Below are positions 38,367-50,736 of a stretch of 64,000 nucleotides of DNA, one piece after another. The stretch is taken from assembly GCF_009914755.1 (NCBI RefSeq), contig NC_060926.1. One strand, given 5' to 3'. The translations under genes were made by a program, and so were the position numbers. Source of the DNA: the human T2T-CHM13v2.0 reference genome, Homo sapiens. Each line of letters starts with the position of its first letter. Positions within the stretch are counted from its first letter, which is position 1. The notes beneath the pieces were generated by a model. That model saw only the letters and a list, made by a program, of their open reading frames with translations. It made no database searches and was not told where the DNA came from.

Positions 38367-38639
38367 TCTGATTTGTGGGTTTAAAAAAATACATATTTAA
38401 TATAATTTACCACTGACAAGCCATCAAAGTCTAGAGATTATTTTGTGGAAAAGTTTGAAAATACAAAGTTACTTTCCTTAACAGTTAGAAAACAATTCAT
38501 ATTTTCTATTTCTTTTTGTGTCAGTTTTGATATAGTTTACTTTTCTAGAATTTGATGCTTTCACCTGAATTTTAAAATTTATTGGCATAAAACAGTTCAT
38601 TCAATTGTCTTATGACTTTTTTTATTTTTAAGTTATGCG

Positions 38640-38954
38640 TTATTTATTTATTTATTTATTTTTTAGGCAAGGTCTCACTCGGGCACCCAGGCTGAAGCGC
38701 AGTGGCACAATCCTAGTTCACTGCAGCATTGAACTCCTCTGCTCAAGTGATCCTCTTACCTCTGCCTCCCTAGTACCTAGGGCTACAGGCATGCACCATC
38801 ATGCTTGGCTAATTTTTTTTTTTTTTTTTTTTTTTTGTAGAGATGCGGTCCCACTATGTCTCCTAGGCTGGTCTTGACCCCTTGGCTTCAAGTCATTCTC
38901 TGGCCTCTGACTCACAAAGTGCTGAGATTACAGATATGAGCCACCACCCCCGGC
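38640..38954 (-). mobile_element. AluJ
   Basis: (TTTA)n tail, AAGGTCTCACTC, CTCAAGTGATCCTC. Confidence 0.9.
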
Positions 38955-39165
38955 ATTTTATGACTTTCCAATATCTGTGAAATGCATAGAATAGTGTTGA
39001 CCCTTTTCTCTTTGTGTTGGTGGTTTTTTGAGACTTTACTTTTTTTTTTGACCAGTCTCATCAGGAATTTATCTTATTAAATTTCTCAAAGAACTAACTT
39101 TTAGCTTTGTTAATTATTCTAACTCTATGCTTGTTTTCTATTTTGTTAATTTATACTTATATCTC

Positions 39166-39530
39166 TGACACGGTTTTGCTTTGTGTCGCCACCCAGATCT
39201 CATCTGAAATTGTTATCCCCAGGTTTTGAGAGAGGGACCGGGTGGAAGGTGATTGGATCATGGGGGCGGTTTCCCCATGCTGTTCTTGTGATAGTGAGTG
39301 CTTCTCATGAGATCTGATGGTTTTATAAGGGGCTCTTCCCCCTTCCCTTGCTTTCTTTCCTGCTGCTTTGCAAAGAAGGTACTTACCTCTCCTTAGCCTT
39401 CTGCCATGATTTTAAGTTTCCTGAGGCCTCCCCAGCCATGCGAAACTGTGAGCCAATTAAACCTCTTTCCTTTATAAATTACCCAGTCTTGGGTGGTATC
39501 TTTATAGCAGTGTGAAAATGGACTAATACA
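39166..39530 (+). mobile_element. THE1D-like MaLR solo LTR
   Basis: TG...GGACTAATACA termini; 5-bp TSD ATCTC at 39161-39165 and 39531-39535. Confidence 0.93.
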
Positions 39531-40959
39531 ATCTCAAATGTTTTCATCCTTCTGTTTTAAGATAGTTTTTGTTATTTTTTTTCTGTTGATTTGGATACTT
39601 ATTTATTTTCAGCATTCTTTTGTAATATTTGATGGAAAATTATAATTTCCTTCTAAGTGTATATTTGCAGGATCTCATGTGATTGATGTGATTGATATAA
39701 TTTTTAAATTATTGTTCAGTTCACAATAATTTCTATATTTCATTATGAATTATTCTTTCAAGTACAGGTTACTATGAAGTATATTATCTTCCAAATATAT
39801 GGGATTTTTCAGTTTTCAATTTTCTATTCATTTCTAACTTGTGCTGAAGTCAGTTACCCATTTTATTATATCAGTCATTCATGTTTCTGAGATTTTCTTT
39901 ATGGGTTTGTAAATGGTTAATTTTTATAAACGTTTTGTGTATGCTTAAAAAGAATATGTGTTTTGCAGTAAGTGGCTGCTGTGTTTCATAAATGTCAATG
40001 AAGCCAAGTTTCTCAATCACAAAGCTCAAATTCTCTATATGTGCAAAATCTCTTTGTGACTATTTCGTCAGCTTGTGTTAAGGACTACTGAGAAAGTATT
40101 GAGTGTTCATATATTTGTCTATTTATCTTTTCAAATTCGTTAGCTTTTGCTCTATATTCTTGAGGCTACATTATTAGAGACATACAAATTTAGAATTATT
40201 TTATCTTTCTATATTATAAATTTTTATCATTATGAAATATACCTTTTGATCTGTGACATGTTTTGTTTAAAAACATCATATTCGTATATGTATCTGCCTT
40301 CTTTCAGTGTCTGTGTAGCATATCATTTTATACTTAACCATTGTGTAACTTTACAGTTCAACTACATCAGTCATAGCCAACATCTAGTGGCTTTAAAAAA
40401 ATTGTGACTAATATTTTTCTTTAAATTGTAGCATTTAATCTATTTTTAATTAACATAATTACTGATAAAGTATATGTGAATTTGCCATTTAGCTGTTTGT
40501 TTTTCATTTGTTCCGCTTATTCTCGGTTTCTCTTTTTCTCCTTTTTTTTGCTTATATATGGGTTGTTTTAAAAATTAATTTATTTTTATCTATTATTAAT
40601 TTAGCCATTACTCAAGATTAGCCTGTATCCTTGAATTATCAAACTCAATGCTTCTTTATACTCTTACCCTTTCCTGAAAAAGTGGAATAACTTAAAACTC
40701 TTTATGTATTTCCTCACCAAGCTTTATGCTATACTTTCAGTATATTTTAGTTCTCTGTCTATTTTAAATGCTCTGTGTATTATTGTTTTAGATAAGTTAT
40801 ATGTATCTACTCACAAGTTCATTTCTTTTAAGATTTTACTTGTTTTCATTAATAAATAAGTCATATTAGCTGCCAATATATAGTAAAAAGGACAGCATCT
40901 TCCATGATCTCTGATTTATTATTATTTTCCTTGTCTTTGTTGTTTGTTTTTGTTTTCCT

Positions 40960-41835
40960 TTTTATTCTCTTGGTTTTTCATTTTGACATAATTTTAGACC
41001 TACAGAAGAGTTGCAAGAAGAGTTCAAGTAATTCCTATATGTCCTTTATACAGATTTCTTGAATATTTACATTTTACCATACTTGCTTTGTTCTGAGGAC
41101 TCACTTTTTCCCCTCTCCTTTCATACACACATACACCAGGCACCTCATTCTTTTCTGGATTGTTTGCGAGTCAGTTTGCTAATGACACGCTGTCCATTAC
41201 CACTAAATATCTTAGTATGTTCTTAAAGTAGGACATTATTTTACAAAACACCAGTACAGTTACTAAATAACAGGAAAGAGCTATTGATGCGACTCTATTA
41301 TCTATTCTGTCTACCTATTCAGATTTCTCGCTGTGTCCCACAAAATAGTCTTTTCAGTAAAAGAAAGTCCTGTACCATGTGTTCCAGTTAGGATGCCATG
41401 TCTCCTTGGTCCTCATGGTATCCTTGAATAGGATGAGTTCTTGACTTTTTCTGTACATTTTATGACATTGACCATCTTAAAGAAAAGAGGCCAATTACTT
41501 TATAGAATAGCCTCAATCTCAATGCATGGCATGTTTCCTCACAATTAGAATCAGCATGTGCACCTCAGGCAGGAGTGACACAGAGGGGATGCTGTGCCTT
41601 CACTCCCTCGTTGCAGGAGACACCGGGCACCAGTGACATTACCAGTTGCCAGTTACATCAGCAGTGGCATTACCAGTTACCAGTTACATTACTGGTAACT
41701 ACAGTATGGTAACTTTCATCACTTGACTATGATGGTATCTCAGGTTTCTCCACCGTCAATTTGCTATTTTTTTCCTTGGTAACTAGTAAGTATCTTGGGT
41801 GAGATACCTAAGATTGTGTAAATATCTGGTTATGC
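40960..41835 (-). mobile_element. L1MC4/L1MC5-like 3' end
   Basis: ATAATTTTAGACCTACAGAAGAGTTGCAAG...AGGACATTATTTTACA...GTAACTAGTAAGTATCTTG. Confidence 0.75.
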
Positions 41836-43199
41836 TTCAAAATCAAAGATACAGAGCTGTCTCCACAGGGCTGATGGAAGCCAGAAGACAGAGGAATATA
41901 TCCCTAGTGCTGAGAGAAAGAGTTGCCAATTTTTTAAAGTAAAAACACCCCTGAAAAATGAAAATAAAGTATCTTTTTTTAAAAAATACATGATTTGAGA
42001 GAATTGTTCACCTGAAGATCCTTACTAAAGTCTCTAAAAATAAATACATAAAATAAAAATTTAAAATTTTTTTGTTTTTAGAAAAGAAAAATAAATCCAG
42101 TCCTCACTCAATTCTGCTTTGTGTGAGCAGCACATCTAAAGGATCCCTGTCTCTGGGCTGCTGTCACCTTGTTGCTGCTGGTGCCTGCCAGCCTGGTTGC
42201 CAACCCCTTTCCTTCTCCTGACATTTGGTGCTTCCAGATGTCCTGGAGTCCCTGACCTGATGGTCTGCTCTTTCTGGCTTTCCAACGCAGGTTTGCCCCG
42301 TCCCTCCCAGTGATGCCTTCCTGCCCTGTCTCGGTAATCCACAGCTATCACGCTTGGACACAACAATGTTCAACTTAAAATCTGATATACAAGTCTTGAA
42401 AATTAAAAAGAGAATTTCTACTGAGTACATTTCATCTCCAGACTCTGTTAATGTATGAACTGTCATAGGCAGAGCTTTGGTCTTCAGACCTCATTTCCAA
42501 AGAACTGTCCCAATCTTTTTCTAATAAATGTGTTGTTATTGCTAGAGGATCCAAATGGTTGCTGATTTAATTCAATTGCTAAGCAAGAAAAAAAAAAAGT
42601 CTAGGCTACTCACAGCTGAAACAAAGAAATCTCAATTTAGCAAGCAGGCTTATCCTGCTTAAAATAATGCAAACATGTTGGTGGGTATGATGAGATTAGT
42701 GCATTTTCAAATCATCCAAGAGGGACAGTTTTACAGGAAATATAGCTTATGTGGAGCATAAGAGGCCCCTCAATTCTCATTGGCAGTGCTTTCATACTTA
42801 CTGCAGCCACACAGGGCAAACATGCATGCATGATACAAGCCATTAGTTTGGGTCTGGATTTAGGAGGCCTGGGGACAGGTGAGACTTTACTTCTCTAGTT
42901 AAGATAGGGACTGGAATAGATGATTTCTACTGTCTCTTCCTGTTCTAAGATGCTGTGGCTATAGTACTGTTATCATTCAATTAATACTGGACCAGCATCT
43001 CATTTATATACTTAAGCCAATATTTTTACAATGTGACAGTTTCCCTTCTGAAGTGAGAAATAGAAGAGAAGCTACTTTGCAATGACCTTGATTATTAAAA
43101 TATCTTGCTTTCTCTTATATACGCACACACGGATATTTTACAAGCCAGAGGAGGATGTGTGGGGAGGATGAGATGACAATGCTAAAGCCAAAATGCAGT

Positions 43200-43560
43200 A
43201 TCACTTTAGTTCATTATTTGGCCTGAAAACTCATTCCTTGGACTTAGTCAGGAGAGGTATTAAAAATGTCAAGCGAGAAATGACAGGATGAAAGGCAGAT
43301 TGATTTAGGTTTTCAAAATTGATTAGCAGTTTGGGGCCATGAGAGCAATTTGTGTGGTGTTTTCACTCTACTAGTTGCTAAAATTGATTAGCACTTTTGA
43401 GGAAAGTATAGCAAATTGCTATGCTAATCAAGGTAAATTAAATCATGAAGCGACTTGATTACTGGACTCTGCACTCTCAGCAAAGCTTCAACAAAACCAG
43501 TTTGGAAAACAGTCTTTCATTAGAGCAGTAGAAAAACTTTAGGCTTTTTCCTTCTTTCCT
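43200..43560. repeat. MER121-like ancient conserved repeat
   Basis: Repeated AAAATTGATTAGCA, an inverted TGCTAATCAA and an ATAGCAAATTGCTAT core, as I recall them for MER121. Confidence 0.7.
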
Positions 43561-44847
43561 CTTGATTTTGGGATTTGGGGGAGTGAGGAGAAATCACTTA
43601 TGCTCTTCACTTTGACAATTTCTCAGTCTTTCAGAAAAAAAAGAGCTATTATTTGAGAAGATGAAAGTATCCATACTATTTTTTTTTATTGCAAGCAAAT
43701 TGGTATTTACATTTTACCAGACTGGCATTAAATTGCTTTCACTTGGTAAATGGTTTCAGCTGTGACCTCGTCTTCTGGGGGCAGTAATATAATTTGTGGG
43801 TTACAGTCTGGAATGATGAGAATGTTGTTTCCCCATCAGATTAGAGATTTGGTATGTGAAAAAGGCAGATGACATTTTGTGATTGGCCTGGACAAGGTTT
43901 TGTGTTAAAGAGTGAGTTCTTTGTCCAAGAATATACCTTGTCTTAGGCTTAATTTACATTTCCTTAAAACACTTCAGTGAAATATTAGAAGTAAATATCC
44001 AATTTGAATCGATCCCATACGACAAGCAATTGGTAACAGCGTCGGATCTAATTCTGTCAACAATTCAAATCAAGTTAATAAAATATATATCGTGTTTATG
44101 TTTGAGTTTAATCTTAGATTCCACATGTTTTTCAGACTGCTGTGGGACTGGCTGCATAAGAATGGATCATATGTCACATATGAGGCTTTTCAGATTTGAC
44201 TTCCCTTTCTTTCCTTTCATTCCCTGGAGGATTTGGTGTATTGGGATCAGGGTGAATATTAGAAATTATATTACCAATGAACTCCTTATATCTGAATGAT
44301 TTGCCCTCACATTTGAGGACTGGTGATTTTGTCCAATCTCTTCTTTTAACAGATAAAACAAACAAAACAAAACAAAAAAATCCCTAATGTCTAAAGAGAT
44401 AAAATACAAAGAATGGAGAAGGTTGATGGTAGATCATTGTGAAAACCCCTAACAGTGGAGTAGGTTGTCTCAGAAGACTTCATGGAAAAGGAAACAAGTT
44501 GGACCTTTAAAGTGGAACAGAGTATTTTGAAGTACCTGCTACTTAAGGAAGATTTTTGGTGAAGGATGAATACTAAAAACTGAAGGAGAGTATAAAAGGG
44601 CTTATTATAGCCCATGAAAAAAGGCAGGTAATGGGAACTTTCTGGGAAGGCTGGAACAGCCAGGCATCAGATAGATATGGAAGGGTGTGTAGTAGAAGAT
44701 GACATTGAAAAAGTGAGCTAAGGAGGATTAGAAGGGACTCCAGGGCCACGGTAAGAAGGTTACATTTTAAACCTTTGCAGCAGGTATTAGGATTTCGATT
44801 TAGCACTGTGATTATGAAAATAAAAAGTGTTTCTTTTCTTGTTTCAG

Positions 44848-45165
44848 ATTTTGGAGACCAGATAAAGATGGTAGTTTTGGATCAAGATGTTCTAACAATA
44901 TCGTGATGGGCGTCAACACCTGGATTAATGATCACAAGGGAAAGATTCCCCTGTGGCTACACGGATTCAAATTGTGATGTTTTGTGAGTGGATTGCGTGA
45001 AATTATGTGAAGTGAGTTTTTACCCACCCTTAATCTGCCAACATTAGGACCAGACTAGAGGTTCAGGACTAGACATGAGGAAATACAGTGAATGATCCAG
45101 AATGTGGGAATTTTGAACATTGTGGGTATACGTTGAACTGTCTTTCCACCACCTAAAGGATTCAG
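44848..45165 (+). other. Candidate exon of an unidentified transcript
   Basis: Strong acceptor tttcttttcttgtttcag|. Donors TTT|GTGAGT (after 44983) and CAG|GTAAGA (after 45165). Open frame 44849-44977. Confidence 0.4.
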
Positions 45166-45419
45166 GTAAGAGGAACACTAATTTCAATGCTGTATGCCTG
45201 TAAGTGCTTCCAAACTTTTATGAACCTCAATGTTTTTTTTGTCTAATATCAAAAGTTCACAGGGTTTCAAAATCTGGGCTGGACTTTTTTTACTGCGGGT
45301 TTTGAAATTTTAAAGCTGTAGGCATGTCAATGATTTGATTACAAAGCTGAGGCAGACATGTTGTATTACTATTACAAAATTATTTTTCCCAATATTAACT
45401 TGGGAATGCTTCCATCACA

Positions 45420-45610
45420 AAGCAGAGTACTGGTGTAAGAGTTGGAGTGTCTTGGTTCAAGTCCTTGTCCTGACGCTGAAGGCGTGACCGTGGGTAAGTT
45501 ACTTTACCACTCTGAGCCTCTGTTTACTCATCTATTAACAAGAACAATAATATCTCTACTTTTCTTGCTGCGTTTTGAGATCATTAAGCTAGATTAAAAC
45601 ACATTATAAA
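45420..45610 (+). mobile_element. MIR
   Basis: GTGACCGTGGGTAAGTTACTTTACCACTCTGAGCCTCTGTTTACTCATCT. Confidence 0.85.
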
Positions 45611-45989
45611 CCACTGCTTCTATTAATATAACTATTAATTGGCTGAATATCTCTAACTCAGCTTTATGAAGTAGTTAGTATTTGTGTTCATGGAGCTGAT
45701 GTAATAAGCTAATAATGTGAGTCTCAGATAAGTTATCTGTCACCTGTTTAATTCACACAATCATGGGGGCTTCCAAGAAAATACAATTAATAGATATTGT
45801 GTTGAAGTCTGTATCCACAGAAGGGAAGGAGTGTGATTCCATAGCTCTATACCCATGGTTGACATTTTATCTCCTAGTGAGGCATTAACACACCTCTCAC
45901 TGCTTTGAAGCTCACTTATGTTAAAAGATGAAGCCCCCAGAAAAGCAACTTTGAATACAGAAGTATGAGATCCACTTATCTTCTTTATT

Positions 45990-46170
45990 CTCTTCCAATG
46001 CACATAGTGAAAGCATGGCTTTTCCACTGGGCAGATTATCTAACCTCTCTGGATCTTATTTCCTTAACCGTAAAATAAGAAAAAATAATTTATAATTCCC
46101 ATGCTTCAAATAATGCTTTGGAGAATAGAGTCATAATATATGTAAAAATACTTTGTATAGAATAAAACTC
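45990..46170 (+). mobile_element. MIR
   Basis: TGGGCAGATTATCTAACCTCTCTGG...CCGTAAAAT. Confidence 0.7.
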
Positions 46171-46334
46171 CATAAATTAAGGATCCTAATGTGGGAGTTA
46201 TTTTATATTATTTCTGGTTGTTTCCGATAACGTGCTTAGGTGATCTGAGCTATAATTTATAATGTCCCTACAATGAATAAACTTATAGGGTGCACCAGCC
46301 ATGGAAAATTGAAAAGAGAAACTTTTCTATGCAT

Positions 46335-46880
46335 TTTAAATGGATGGCATTTTATATATGGGCTTGGTTACACAGAAGAACTGAGATACCGAAAGACAAT
46401 AGTGCTGGAATCCAGAGGTCAGCAACAGCGGAATGCTGCTATGACCCCTAGTGCTGGCAGACAAAAGTAAAGGTGGCATTACTGGATCTAGGAGCTAGGT
46501 GCAACCCAGAGATCAGCACCTGCAGGGTGCTGTTATCATCCCTAGTATTAGGGACAAAGGTGAATGTGGCATTACTGCAGCCTCAAAGCTGGGGCCAGCC
46601 AGAAGAAGCTAAAACCATGGTAGGTCTGTCCCATGGGAGTTGAAACCACAGAGGACATCCAGCTGCTGCTAAAGATCCCAAATGAAGCAAATGAGGAAAG
46701 AGAGAAACACCCTGACTTCTCCTTTCCCACTGTTATCCAGGCTCCTACTAGTACCCACCTTTGGTCAAACCTAGCTGGAGGCCAGCTAAGTGTAGCTGAT
46801 CAAAGGCTCTTTGTAAAGTGGGCAAGGCAGGGAAAAGGGAAGAGGGATTCTGAGAGAAAGCAGGCTAAGAACTGACACAG
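46335..46880 (-). mobile_element. Old LTR (ERVL/MaLR type) with internal ~95-bp duplication
   Basis: CCAGAG..CAGCA..GC.G..TGCTG.TAT...CCCTAGT...GACAAA.G...GTGGCATTACTG occurs twice (~46412 and ~46506). Confidence 0.5.
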
Positions 46881-46984
46881 ATGTGCCTCATCATGGGTTG
46901 GAATAGGTCCTGGACCTCACAGATTTCACAGCAAGCCTCTTGCTGCAAAAGGCGCCTTTTCTTTATGAATGGCTTCCTTTCCAG

Positions 46985-47220
46985 TGAAGATGAAGATGAT
47001 GATGGTGACAATGATGTTTACCACAGCAGTCAGTTATTGAGTCTAAATTACTATCCTGGGCATTTGGTATATGCTGGCTCTGTGCTATAAATACTGTCTC
47101 CATTTTATGGAAGGAACAAGAGCAGAAAAAATTGAGTAATTTGCCAGCTAGATAAGAAGCAGAACTGAGATTGGAAGCCAGATCTTCTTGGCACCAAAAC
47201 CTGGGCTCTTTAACGTACAT
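46985..47220 (-). mobile_element. MIR with (GAT)n tail
   Basis: CTCCATTTTATGGAAGGAACAAGAGCAGAAAAATTGAGTAATTTGCC. Confidence 0.75.
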
Positions 47221-48219
47221 AGCCTGTCATCTACTCAAAGGTCTACTTATACCTTCAGATATGATTATCACCTCTTCTTCCTCTGCCAAGTAACTTCCTT
47301 GATCTTAAGTTGGTCATAGAAAAACATCTCCCTTATTTTAACAGCTTTGATTTAAAAAAATACTTTAGGTATTTGAAATCTTTTACTTTAATATACTTTA
47401 TAGAATCTCTTCATTTCCGGAATTCTTTTATAACAAATACAATGCGTTCATAATCTTTGGTTCAGCTAACATTAATAAATTATTGTCACTACAAAATAAA
47501 AATGTCTCTCTTTGGAATTTAACTATTATGAGGGTCACGGTCCTAAAATATATATGCTACACAAACTACAGATTATCCAACTTCTGTGTCCTTCAGTTCA
47601 CACTCGAGAATAAAGTTGAACACTCTTTAAAGGATCACATCCTAACTCTCCAACCATGAAAATTGCTCTTCAGTTTAGTCCCATGAGACACTGGGAAATG
47701 TTATGCAAATTAAATACACCTCATTGAGTTTTACTAAGCTCTGGTCTTTTTTCCTCTGTCCTTTATTGCTAACTACACCATGACCCTGAATAATCAGAAT
47801 AAGCCACATTATTTTGACCATTTCACTCTGCTAGGAGGAAAATACCTGGTATACAGTAGCAGTGAGGTGGGCCAAAATGGAACATGACAGGTGAGGGAAA
47901 CTTTTACCAAATCCACCCAGTATCTGGTTTTTCTTCATAGCTAATCAGCCTATCTTTCACATGAGACCTGAGCTTCAGCTGCAGGTACCTCAGTTTGTCC
48001 CCTTGGGAATTTCTTTATGCCCTCCCAAGCTCAACTACAAGTAGGTTAAGTCTTCACTGGCAGCAGCTTCTTGTCTTTATTCTGATGAGTTAACCAATTA
48101 ATGTCTTTCCTGACAAAAGACACCACAACTTCAACTGGCTCACTCTAATGGGCATGATAAATTAAAGGTTGATTACTAGCATACTAAAAGAACTCTTTGC
48201 CTCATGAAAGTTTTCCCTT

Positions 48220-48660
48220 GAGCATTCCTTAGTTCTTTTAAATATTTATGGAATGTTTACCATATGCTAGGTACTCTTTTAGGGTATGGGAATACAGTGG
48301 TGAACGAAACTGATGAAGTTTACATTCCCTTGGGATTTATATTCTAGTGGAGAAAATCACAGTGATTCAATAAACACATATGTTGTGTTTTTAAGTAATG
48401 ACAAGCTCTTTGAAGAAAAGGAAAGCAGGGTAAATGCTCAGAATAAACAGGATACAGTAATTATGATAACTTGAATTAAAAAGCCCCTGAGGTTGTGACC
48501 TTTGAGGGGAAATGAATGGAGCATGGTAGCAGCTGCCATGCAGAGATCGGGGGCTAAGCCTTCCACATGTGGGTGAGCAGTGCTAGACCACGATATAGGT
48601 CCAGGGAGTGTAAGGACCTGGGTCCTAGACACCTGCTGCTCAGTAAAGATCAACAAGAGG
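48220..48660 (-). mobile_element. L2 3' fragment
   Basis: AAATATTTATGGAATGTTTACCATATGCTAGGTACT...TATTCTAGTGG. Confidence 0.75.
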
Positions 48661-49959
48661 TGGAAAGAGTTAATCTCTGGAAAAAAAATGCAATAAAACA
48701 GATTGTAGTAGATTAGAAAACAAAAACTGAAAATCAAGACACTTAGGACTCTAGTTCTCTGTTTGTAAGTGGAGAGGAAAAAATAAGAGAGTGAAATAAT
48801 TTTTCTGCAACTATTTACCGAATATTCAATGTAGAAGGTTTTCTGCTTAGGAACAAAAGGCATAGTCCAAAGTGATACTGCACAAGTGACCAACATCACC
48901 TTCAGTTGGTGGTGGGCAAAGTTGGTGCTTATTTTTTTTTTTGCCTTTAGACATAATATACAGATAGAGATATAGGTATGTATTTTGGTATTTCCCTATA
49001 TAGTTTCTCATTCACTCATAATTGGTGGAAGTTTCTAGTGGATAGGTAAAAAGCTTATGATTTAGAGGCCAGAGCCTTATGATTTATCATAAATCTTATG
49101 ATTTAGAGGCCTTGAGGCAATTTCCATTACAATAAACAACCAACAAAAAAGGAGCAAAGTCAGTCCATCTCTTACTGCCCTGCGAAGCCACTATAAAACT
49201 AGCAGCAGAGGCTGCCTACAGTTTTTTTTTGAAAAGAGATGAAGCCTGCCCAATAAAAGAGTCAGTGGGAGTCTCTTCTGATAGGAAACATAACCCTTGA
49301 TCTGTAGCTCATGAACTAATCCATGCAAATGATGAAATAAATTTCTTATCACATTTTGGCTGCTCTTTTGTGTGTAAGCTCCAAGAAAAAAATGTCGGCA
49401 TTCTTTCCTCATGTCCTCTGGGAGAAATCTGAACACTGCTTCCAATACTTCCCTCCCCTATCATCCATCTCAGTCACATCTCAGAGTCTTCTTCTGCCTT
49501 GGGCCTTCCTCAGCACTTCCACCTATGTGACATGCCCATCCCTGCATTCCTCACACTGCTGTCAGAGAGAGAGAACTAGGCCAGAATCAACAGGCCTGAC
49601 CAGGTTGACCACTCACTGTTGGTGAAATAACTGTCTCCAGGTCACTGTTTTCTCATCTGGAAAGAAAGGGTTGGATTGTAGGATAAAATAGAATTCACAA
49701 TCAAGGTCAGACCCTACCTCCTCCAAAACCCTTACTTGCTCATCCAAATCTAAAGTGTCATTGGCACCTAAGAGCCTGATCCATTTATTGTCTTTGAGAT
49801 TCCTTTTGCAATTGATTCCATTGAGTAAGCCCTGCCTGCTCCAGGAAGCTTTATCTGCTCAATGGCCTGTTATCCACCCAGTCACAGGCATCCAAGTGAG
49901 AAGTCTGGCTTCATCTCAGCCCACTCCCTTTTTCTCAGCAGGCATTCATATTTCCCATA

Positions 49960-50500
49960 GATAAGGAGCCAGGTTGGCCAGCCTCTGGTGGGACCCCCAT
50001 CAGTTAGGCTCTGGTAAAGTAAGTGTCCCTTGAGGTCAGGCCTTGGTTAGGGAGAATTGCATGCTCCAGTTGTATTTCAGAATGGTACCTTTTCCCCTCC
50101 CACTGCTGAAAGCAGGAAAATGTTTTTCTCTGAACTTCGGATCTTTACCCTGAGAATCTGGTGGGGCTCCTGGAGGTAAAACTCCCAGAGCATAGGAGCT
50201 CCCCTAAGACTGAGGTCCTGGAGTTTTTAAGCCAGTTCACACTCAGTCTCCAGCAATTGGCCACTTACCCCTGAAGTGTTTCTACCAGATGGTGGCTCCA
50301 GCAGCTGCTTCTGCTCTCTGTAAGCCATGCTTCTGTATTTCTCTGTCTGTCCAGGTTTTGGGTGGTGGGTTGCTCAGTGACCTCACTTTTCTGATGGATC
50401 TAAAAAGAGTTCTTTTTAGTTTGTTTAACATTTGTTGTTATTGTTGTTGTTGTGAGGATGGGCATGAATATTTCCAAGCTCTACATGTCCAACTAGAAAT
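49960..50500 (-). mobile_element. Old L1M (L1MC/MD-type) 5'-end fragment
   Basis: GAGAATCTGGTGGGGCTCCTGGAGGTAAAACTC...TGACCTCACTTTTCTGATGGATCTAAAAAGAGTT. Confidence 0.65.
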
Positions 50501-50556
50501 GGTTTGCTTTTTTCTATAAAATATCTAGAAATCTTTCCATGACACTAAATACAGAT

Positions 50557-50736
50557 CTACCTTCTTAACCATGGCTTCATGTTGCAATTATCTGTAGAGT
50601 TTAAAAGAAGACTGAAGCCTGCACTGCCTTTAGAGTGCTGATATAAATGGGTTAGGTGAGGGTGTGGCAAGGACATGGGATGTTTAAAATTCCTGAGTTG
50701 ATGATGATGTGCAACCCAAGTTGAGAAGCTCTGGTG
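50557..50736. mobile_element. MER5A-like hAT MITE
   Basis: Ends TGATGTGCAACCCAAGTTGAGAAGCTCTG. Confidence 0.7.

Noticed and set aside
48438-48899. 153-aa hydrophobic minus-strand ORF
   Set aside because: Overlaps an L2 fragment and low-complexity A/T-rich sequence; the hydrophobicity reflects T-richness.
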